Source: the human T2T-CHM13v2.0 reference genome, Homo sapiens
NCBI RefSeq assembly: GCF_009914755.1
Contig: NC_060931.1
Strand: one strand, 5' to 3'
Length of the DNA: 64,000 bases
A program made the translations under genes and the position numbers. Numbering within the stretch: position 1 is the stretch's first letter; the number at the start of each line of letters is the position of its first letter. Under the pieces are notes generated by a model that ran no database searches, was not told the DNA's origin, and saw only the letters and a program-made list of their open reading frames with translations. Below, in pieces: positions 54,440-64,000 of the stretch.

Positions 54440-55410
54440 ATCTCTATTTTGCACCCAGGATCTTGGCCAGAGTGTTAAAGCCTGTGTCCTGGGGGATATT
54501 CCTGTTGTAATAAATGCTCCCAAATCAAAATTTACATTCCCCCTCCCTTAATCTGTATCCTCTGGACTCAGTCCCATATATACACCCTGCGTGCCTGCTG
54601 GTTCAAGATGGCTGATTCTGCAGCTCCTTTGGGAACACTCTCCTTCTTCCCTTAGCAGGGTAGCAGTTTCCCACACAGGCTAAGTTGTAATGTGACCCTA
54701 CTTATTGATCTGGTGGCCAGGAGGGTACTGGGGGGAAGGTCCTGAGGCAGGGCACGTGTTGCCTTGCAAAGCAGAGGAGGAGAGCTAGCCTTGTTGGGGA
54801 GCAGTGGGCCATTTCTGTAGGCTCAGAGGGTTCCTGTGGACCTGGGCCTTCCAGGTCTCTGGCGTGTCTCTACCCAGACATCCCCATCCCACGTGTCAGA
54901 GCCTTCCTCCTTCCCTGGATAGAAGACCAGCCAGGCTTGAGAATTCAACCTTCCCTGGAGTTCTGCTGCCCAGATAATCAGGCCCTGGGCATGATCCTCA
55001 GCTCTCCCCGCCCTTCGGTTGTAGGAAATGAGATCCTTCATATGCTAACAAGGGCCTCTGACTCTGTTAATTTGCTTTAAATTGGTGATTACCACCCTCA
55101 GCCTTCCTTGCCTTTTTCAGATGCAACCATGGCATCCGGCAATAGCCATCTACCTTGCAATATTTATAATTACTCCTCCCTGTTCCTCAGTCAAGCGCAC
55201 CAACCAGAAAATTCCTTTCCACCTATATTCCATCCTGATTCACAGCCAGTGAGATTTTAACAAGCACATATCAGCCACAGTATGCCAGGGGCTTTCAGAA
55301 CACCACCTTTCCACCAGCAATGGGATGCTCAGGGCCAGCCGCCTGGAGGGTGGCTTAGCCCTAAAATCCCCTTTACAGCCCATTTTCCTGGACCATTAGC
55401 AACCATCATA
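54440..55410 (-). mobile_element. ERVL (HERV16/ERV3-16A3-like) internal 5'/gag region
   Basis: Antisense ERVL gag-like text abutting an LTR16 via a PBS-like segment. Confidence 0.6.
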
Positions 55411-55800
55411 CTAGGTCAAGTTCCCCAGGAAGAAGACTATTCGACTAAGATTTGCATGGAAAACTTTATTCGGAGCAGATCTGGGGACAAACACTGCAAG
55501 GCAGGGACACAAGTAGGTTCAATCAGAGGAAGAGCCTAGATGGCAGTGCAGCTTCCAGAAGAGACTCCACCCACCCCACAGGCAGCTTGCGCTCTCCAGA
55601 GTCCCCCCAGATAGACAAGGGAGCTGCACCCATTGACCAGTCTTTGAATGCGAGATCCCCAGAGAGGGGGACACTTGGGCAAAGCGGCTTGCCTCGGTCA
55701 TGAGCTGTGAGCCTGTGGCAGCTACTTCTCATGGCAGCTGGGAGAATGGGTGTCTCTGCCCTGAAGGCGGTGTCTCGGTAGCGCAGCACAGCATCCCATG
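55411..55800 (-). mobile_element. LTR16-type ERVL LTR
   Basis: taggtcaagttccccaggaag..gatttgcatg..tttatt..ggcagctgggagaatgggtg..cctgaagg..gcacagcatcc. Confidence 0.75.
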
Positions 55801-55989
55801 TAGAAGACATCTTGTCCAGGTGAGTTCAAGTCTCTTTGAGGGGACAATGTCCTATTCTGGTGCTTTGATGCCATGGAATTGCTCTGGATACCAAGTTCTG
55901 TCAAGCAGCGTGGGTTTCCTACTGAAGCTACAATGTATATGCAAGCCAGTTCCTGGGACATGCCTAAGGTCAAAACCGTAGAAGTCAAA

Positions 55990-56464
55990 GCCAAGCATGG
56001 GGGCGTGTGCCTATAGCTCCAGCACTTTGGGAGGCCAAAGACGGAGGATCACTTGAAGCCAGGAGTTCGAGGCTGCAGTGAGCTATGATCATGCCAACTG
56101 CACTCCAGCCTGGGTGACAGAGTGAGACACCAACTCACAAACAAAACAAAGCTGTGCACAGTGGCTCACACCTGTAATCCCAGCACTTTGGGATTAATCC
56201 CTTGGGAGGCCAAGGCAGGCAGATTGCTTGAGCTCAGGAGTTCGAAACCAGCCTGGGTAACATGGCAAAACGCCAACTCTACAAAAAAAAAAATACAAAA
56301 ACTAGCCGGGTGTGGTGGTGGGCACCCGTAGTCCCAACTACCTGGGAGCCTGAGGTGGGAGGATCACTTGAGCCAGGGAGGTAGGTCAAGGCTGTAGTGA
56401 GCCAAGATTGCACCACTGCACTCCGGCCTGGGTGACAGAGCTAGACCCTTTCTCAAAACAAAAC
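55990..56464 (+). mobile_element. Alu monomer (55990-56148) followed by AluJ (56149-56464)
   Basis: Alu consensus. Confidence 0.9.
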
Positions 56465-56947
56465 TGTAGAAGCCAAATTCTGTTCTCAAGTTAGAGAGAG
56501 GACAAAAATGGGAGACAATAGTAAATATTCAAAGGCCAAGAGGATACTTGAGCAAATCAGAGTGTGGGTCGAAGGAGGACAGACGCTGACGGTCCTAGAG
56601 CTTGGATTTACCTGCAGGGCCTAAGGCTCATTTCAGGGATTACCTTTTCCAGGTGCAGGGATGACATGTGATGGAAAGGGGCAGGGTCCAGGGGACAAGT
56701 GGCTGATGTATTCTTGTGTTTACCAGTATCCATGCTGTTTGATATGGTTTGCATTTCTAATCTGTTTAGAAAATCTTTATTTTAAAAATATTTTTCAGTG
56801 TAATGCATACATATAAAAAATAAAATAAAAACAAAATCTTATAAAGAAAATCAGCAGGTCCCTGCCCAGTTCCTGCCCAGCCCCCAGTTCAACTCCCTCT
56901 TACAATCACTTTTGACTCTTCAATCTGTTTCTTATGATAGTTACCTT

Positions 56948-57245
56948 CTTTTTTTTTTTTTTTTTAATGGAGTCTCTCGCTCTGTTGCCCAGGCTGGAGT
57001 GCAGTGGTGTGATCTCGGCTCACTGCAACCTCCAACTCCCGGGTTGAAGCGATTCTCCTGCCTCAGCCTCCTGAGTAGCTGAGATAACAGGCGCATGCCA
57101 CCACACACAGCTAATTTTTGTATTTTCAGTAGAGACAGGGTTTTACCATGTTGGTCAGGCTGGTCTTGAACTCCTGACCTCGTGATCCACCCACCTCAGC
57201 TTCCCAAAGTGCTGGGATTACAGACCTGAGCCACAGAGCCCAGCC
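56948..57245 (-). mobile_element. AluS
   Basis: Alu consensus; TSD accttc. Confidence 0.95.
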
Positions 57246-57482
57246 CACCTTCATATTTTAAACGGAGTTCTTAGACTTCTATTTTTTTAATTAATTTTAT
57301 ACATCAACTTCATTTTTATTACATGACCTCCATTTCTTCTAGTTTATTTTTCCTTAAAAAAGTCTGTGTGATTTTTTTTTCTTTTTTTTTTTTTTTGGTT
57401 AATGCAGTAATCAGTGTTTGCATCTTATCACTCTGTAAATACTGTTCCTTAATTTTTACCATCAGCTGTGTCATCCACCTAA

Positions 57483-57956
<474 letters not shown>

Positions 57957-58339
57957 TAGCTGAAAATATTTTTATTCCACTCCCAAGCTTGATTAAATTT
58001 TGACTAGATCAAGAATTGATGCATAAAATTTCAAGCTGTTTTATAGTTTCACAATCCAGTGTTGCTGTTGAGAAGTTTGATGTCATTTTGACACTCTTTC
58101 TAGTCTCATTCATTATATGGGGCATTCTGTGGGCCCCTTTAGTTCTGCAAATGTTTGTATGATTGCGTTGACAATTTCCTCTCCATTTTTCTCTCATCAC
58201 TTTGTGGAACTCATTACTGGGTAGATGTTCTTTCTGCCTTCTAGAATGAAACACCACAGGTCTCAACTTTCTCTTAGGCTTCCCTCTGCCATTTTCTTGT
58301 GCATTTCAAAATATTCCTTTCCCACCATTTTTCTAATGA

Positions 58340-58642
58340 TTTTTATTATGTATTTATTTTGAGACGGAGTCTCACTGTGTTGCCCAGGCTGAAGTGCAGT
58401 GGCACAATCTAGGCTCACTGCAATCTCGGCCTCCCGGGTTCAAGCCATTCTCGTGCCTCAGCCTCCAGAGTAGCTGGGATTATAGACGTGGGCAATCATG
58501 CCCAGCTAATCTTTGTATTTTTAGTAGAGATGGGGTCTCACCATGTTGGCCAGGCTGGTCTCCAACTCCTCACCTCAAGTGATCCGCCCACCTCGGCCTC
58601 TGGAAGTGCTGGGATTACAGGCATGAGCCACTGCGCCTGGCC
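58340..58642 (-). mobile_element. AluS
   Basis: Alu consensus. Confidence 0.95.
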
Positions 58643-58898
58643 ATTTATTCTAATTTTTAAATGTGAACAATCGTGTTTTAAATTGCAGCTTCCCCTTTTT
58701 ATTCTCTCAATGCTCCTTTTTGATAGCCTGTTCCTCTGGTTGTATGACTGTAGCACCTTCTTTGATCTCTCTGAGCAACCAACATCAATGTTTTGATATT
58801 TTCAAAGTTCTCATTTCTTTCTTCCCCTTTCTGGTTCTATTTGCATTTTCTTTCCTTCTGGAGTCTTTCCTCAAATGTCTCAGGCAATCCTTGGCAGC

Positions 58899-59273
58899 TG
58901 TAGGAGTCAGCTCCGGCTGCCATAACCAAGTCCAACAGACTGGGAGGCTTGGCCAACTCTGATTTTCCTACAGTTCTGGAGGCTGGAGTCGGCATCCAGC
59001 TGCCGGCAGGTTTGGTTTCCCTGAGGCCTGTCTTCAGGGCTTGCAGGTGGTTGCCTTCGCGCTGTGCCCTCACCGGTCTTTTCTCTGTGCAAGCACCTGC
59101 CTGGGGACTCTTCCTCTTCCCATAAGGACACTGGTCCTATTGGAATTGGGCCCACCCTGTGACCTCATATAACCATAATTACCTCTTTAAAAGCTCTGTC
59201 TCCAAATGCAGTCGCACTGGGGCTTGGTGCTTCCACATGTGAGTTGCAGGGGGACACAGTTCCGTTCATTGCA
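58899..59273 (-). mobile_element. MLT1A-type LTR
   Basis: ggctgccataacc..acagttctggaggctggag..aattacctctttaaaag..tctccaaat..gggacacagttc. Confidence 0.82.
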
Positions 59274-59284
59274 GCATTCGATTC

Positions 59285-59633
59285 TGATATGGTTTGGTTG
59301 TGTCCCCACCCAAATCTCATCTTGAATTCCCACGTGCTGTGTGAGGAACCCAGGGGTAGGTCATTGAATCATGGGGGCAGGTCTTTCCCATGTTGTTCTC
59401 GTGAGAGTGAGTAAGTCTCACGAGATCTGATGGTTCTATCAGGGGGAATTTCCCTGCACAAACTCTCTCTTTGCCTGCTGCCATCCATGGTGTGGCTTGC
59501 TCCTCCTTGCCTTCCAGCCTGATTGTGAGGCCTCCCCAGCCACGTGGAACTGTAAGTCCATTAAACCCCTTTTCCTGTATAAATTACCCAGCCTCGGGTA
59601 TCTTCATCAGTGTCGTGAAAACAGACTAATACT
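59285..59633 (+). mobile_element. THE1B-type solo LTR, sense to GALNTL5
   Basis: tgatatggtttggttgtgtccccacccaaatctcatcttgaatt..acagactaatac; 5-bp TSD GATTC. Confidence 0.93.
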
Positions 59634-60507
59634 GATTCCAATCCCAAAGTGAGATGCCAACCAGCTGATTGGAATAGCTGAGTGTTGGGCCAACCTTGGC
59701 CACAGGTGTGCTGTCTTCAGGGGGACGACCCAGGGAGCCGCCTGCCTTATTGGAAGCTCTTACATTTCAGCATGTGGAGGTCTTTTCTCCAGGCCCTGTC
59801 TTCTCATCCCAGAACAATTCTATCAATCCCACCTCAGACGTAGCAACCTGGCTGCCGGGATCCTGTGTGGGAGGAAGGGAAGAAGACAGATGGACCCAGA
59901 CACTCCACATCCACATATTCTAAGTGACACTCTTGGTTTTAGCCCCAAGTTTTCCTTTGTAGAGGCTCAGCCTCTACCAGTCTACTTCTCCAAAGAAGAA
60001 ACCACTCTGACTCCTGCCTGGGTTTTGCTGTGCAGGGCTGGGCAAAGAGAGCTGACTATTCTGAATACTAACACGTGGCTTTCCCCAAGCCCAAAGCCAT
60101 GTGTCCACTGACTCACCAGGGGCATCCAAGCCCCAAGCTGCTCCAGGGTTAGCAGCCTTGTTTCCACATCAGAGTCCTCTGTCTTTCCAAATTGTTACCA
60201 CACGTCCAATAACGTTCTCGCCTCCAGACGTGTTAAAATCTCATGTGCATTGATGTTCCCTCTACCGCTCTCTTTTCCCATGAGAGTTTTTAGCTTTATT
60301 CTTATTCAGTTGAGTCAAGAGGGAGAGAAGACACACACACATTCAATCTATCATCTTTAAAGGAAACCTCGCAAGACTTTCTTCTTTCTTTTTAAAATAA
60401 ATTACAATTTCAAACAGAAGGAAAATATAGAGAAAAATATCATGAGCACTCTGTGTTCTCATTTATCAAGCTCAATCAAATCACATCATTTTGCCACATT
60501 TTCTTCA

Positions 60508-60840
<333 letters not shown>

Positions 60841-61190
60841 GGGATACAGTAGGAGTTCTTTATTCTCCTCCCCCCAACCATGGAGGTAATCACTGTTATG
60901 TAAATTCACTATTATATATATATATAATCACTATTATGTAAATTTGGGTACATCATTCACATGCATGGTTTTTTTCCCATGCATTTGCTACATATTGGTG
61001 TACCCATAAATAATTGCACTGCTTTTCATGTTTTCCAAATTTATATCACACCCTACTTGCTTTTTGCACATGATGTTTTTTAGACTTTACAGCAGTAGTA
61101 CACATAGCTCCAGCTGATTCATTTCCATCATTGAAAGAGTAGCCTCACTTTATTAGTTCTCCTGTTGAGGGAAACTTCAGTTGCATCTAG

Positions 61191-61589
<399 letters not shown>

Positions 61590-62191
61590 TGAGAGCTGCA
61601 ACTTATGAGTCTCTTTAGGATATATCCCTAAGGATGGAATTGCTTTGTCATATCATATACATATCTTCAACATGACTAGATATTGCCAAAACGATTGTGC
61701 CATTGTGCCATTCATCAGTGGTGGGCCACAGTACTCACTGCTCCCTTTATTTCCAGCATGTGATTGTGTGTTTTTACATTTTTAACAAGCTGCTTGAAGT
61801 CAGATCAGATTTTTTAGAGATCCATACTATCACTCCAAGGTAGACTGGATCTGGATAAGGGATGAGTAAGCCTTCTTTGATGGTATTTCCTATATGTACA
61901 CGAGTATGGGCCAATGACTTGAAATGACACCGTATGTTTTATAAGCATGTTATACATTTTGATGTTAAATAATCTTAGGAATATCAGTTTTAGGAATTTG
62001 TGCTAATAGAAATAAGGACACACTTTATGTATATGATAAGGGCCATCAACGTGATTGTTTTTAAAACACTAAAAATGGAATTTAAGCCAAGTAGGTGATC
62101 TACAAACCATTGGAATATCTAATGCTGCTCCTCTTAAATCATTCTGATTTAGGAAATTGAAAAATGGACCTTTGAAAATGCTAGATTTACA

Positions 62192-62438
62192 ATGAGAAAT
62201 GCCATAATTCAAGGTTTATTCTATGGGTCCTTGACATTTGGGATCTGGACAGCTCTGTTATTCATATATTTGCACCATAATCATGTGAGCAGCTGGCAGA
62301 AGAAAAGCCAGGAGCCTCTGTCAGCTTGGTCCCCTGGAAAAAAAGTGCATCAGCAAATTATCTATGGCTCAGAGCAAATACCAAAACCTCATGTAATAGT
62401 CAAAAGGACTGATGAAGATAAAGCAAAGTCTATGTTAG
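62192..62438 (+). CDS. GALNTL5: GALNTL5 first coding exon (exon 2 = 62153-62438; codons 1-82 plus 1 nt, phase-1 intron); type II membrane N-terminus and stem of inactive polypeptide GalNAc-transferase-like protein 5
   Basis: Translation [46 protein letters not shown]... has a short cytoplasmic tail plus signal anchor and is recognised as GALNTL5; acceptor ...ctgatttag|G at 62152/3; consensus donor TAG|GTAAGT at 62438/9. Confidence 0.95.
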
Positions 62439-62958
62439 GTAAGTATTTGGATTTTTTTCCGTTAGCCATTTGAAGGGGAAAATGTACAACAATATTTAAT
62501 ATTTGGAAGAGTACGAGACTATCCTTTTTAAAGCAATTTACTTTTTAAGATATAAATTATTTTATATAGTGTATATATCTATACATAGAAAATAATAAAA
62601 CAAGTATGCATGTATTTACCACTTAAATTTATCATTTTAAATATCATTTGGCTATATTTGCTTCAGAGAGCTTTCTGTTTTTCCAAGAAATAAGTTGTAA
62701 TAGTACAGTAAAAACTCCACCTCCCTCCCGTCCCCACGCCACCCTCAGAGGTTGTCTGACCTGAATTGATGGGTGTCTTTCTCATGTATGTCTTTCCACT
62801 TCCTCTGTATATTATCCCTAAGCAAAATATTGTGTTCTATATTTTTAATATATTTTTAGGTATTCTGATACACATATCTTTTTGGAATTTGCTTTTGTCC
62901 CTCATCACTATGTTTGTAAGATTATTTTTCCATGTTCCCACACATGAAGACCTAGTTT

Positions 62959-63270
62959 TGCCAGGCATGGTGGCTCACACATGTAATCTCGACCCTTTGG
63001 GAGGCCAAGGCAGGAGGATCACTTGAGGCCAGGAGTTCAAGACCTGCCTGGGGAACATAGCAAGACACCACCTCAACAAAAATAGTAATAAAAACTAGCC
63101 AGGTGTAGTGGTGCATGCCTGCAGTCCCAGCTACTTGGAGAGCTGAGGTGGAAGGATCGCTTGAGCCCAGGAAGTCAAGGTTACAGTGAGCTATGATTGG
63201 GCCACTATACTCCAGCCTGGGCAACAGAGTGAGATGCTGCCTCAAAAAAAAATAAATAAATAAAATACAA
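62959..63270 (+). mobile_element. AluJ in GALNTL5 intron 2
   Basis: TSD atgaagacctagttt. Confidence 0.94.
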
Positions 63271-63699
63271 ATATGAAGACCTAGTTTAACAAAATAAACC
63301 CAAAGAAAGATGAAGAAAATAAGAGTAGAAATTAAAGCCTTAACACACAGGCCTACTATTTCTGTGGATCCCTGCTCTGAACGGCCCTCCCACTAGATGA
63401 CTAGGTAGGTGTGGGCCTGAAACCCTACCCTAAGCACTACTCCAGCGTGTGACACACGACAGCCCCTTGGCAGGTCTCCTGCTCATTTCCCCGAGGTCAC
63501 ACCCTAATTCTGGCTCTCAGTCTTACCACTCGGATGGTGAGAGAAAGGAGAGAAACAGCAAACCAAGGGTGAGTGCCAGGGGGACAGTGTTGCTTTCTGG
63601 GATGTGAGTAGAACCTGATTCTCTGCCAAGTGAAACAAGTATTGGGATGGCCAAACTGTTCCCCAAAGTAGCTGGGCCACTTTACGTGAGTGTACGAGA

Positions 63700-64000
63700 A
63701 TCCCATTTTCTCTGGATCTTTGCCAACACTTGACATGGTCCAGTTTTTAAATTTTAGTTATTCTAATGGGTGAGTAAAGCCATCACTTTGGTCTTAATTT
63801 GTATTTCCCTGATGACTAATGATTTTGAGCACATTTTCATGTGCTTGATAACCACTCATATACTGTCTTTTGTAGAGGATCTTTTGGAATCTTTTGTCTA
63901 TTTTTAAATGGCATGTTTTTCTTCTTAATTTTTAAGACTTCTTTATATATCCTAAATTCAAGTTTCTTGATATGTGAGTTTCAAATGTTTTGGACAAATA
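63700..64000 (-). mobile_element. L1M remnant
   Basis: taatttgtatttccctgatgactaatgattttgagcacattttcatgtgctt. Confidence 0.8.

Noticed and set aside
60109-60127. Possible CTCF site caccaggggcatcc
   Set aside because: One G short of the core spacing; only an isolated AP-1 word (TGACTCA) remains
62439-62473. C-terminal [11 protein letters not shown] of the 93-aa ORF
   Set aside because: Read-through into intron 2 past the consensus GTAAGT donor

Overview
Human (primate) genomic DNA. The translated exon at 62192 ([29 protein letters not shown]...) is recognisable as the N-terminus of GALNTL5, the spermatid-expressed, catalytically inactive ppGalNAc-transferase-like gene. From recalled knowledge this is 7q36.1, between PRKAG2 and GALNT11. 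The first ~51 kb is repeat-dense upstream/intergenic sequence. It is followed by a probable non-coding exon 1 ending at 51553, a ~10.6 kb intron 1, coding exon 2 (62153-62438) and the start of intron 2. Most of the window is interspersed repeat: about 45 Alus, two 5'-inverted (twin-primed) L1PA insertions, old L1M/L2/MIR relics, many solo MaLR/ERV1/ERVL LTRs, two ERVL internal fragments, a full-length Tigger1 DNA transposon and an RNY4 retropseudogene. Almost all ORFs in the supplied track are repeat artefacts. I found no credible previously undescribed biological system. The most interesting observations are: a uORF cluster (one exon-spanning) ending on the GALNTL5 start codon; a sense THE1 LTR with a splice donor upstream of the ATG exon; a micro-inversion inside a THE1/MST LTR; a 30-nt A-tailed insertion with TSD inside Tigger1; and a possible Alu 3' transduction. 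Repeat subfamily calls are by eye from remembered consensus sequences, and boundaries of old repeats are approximate.
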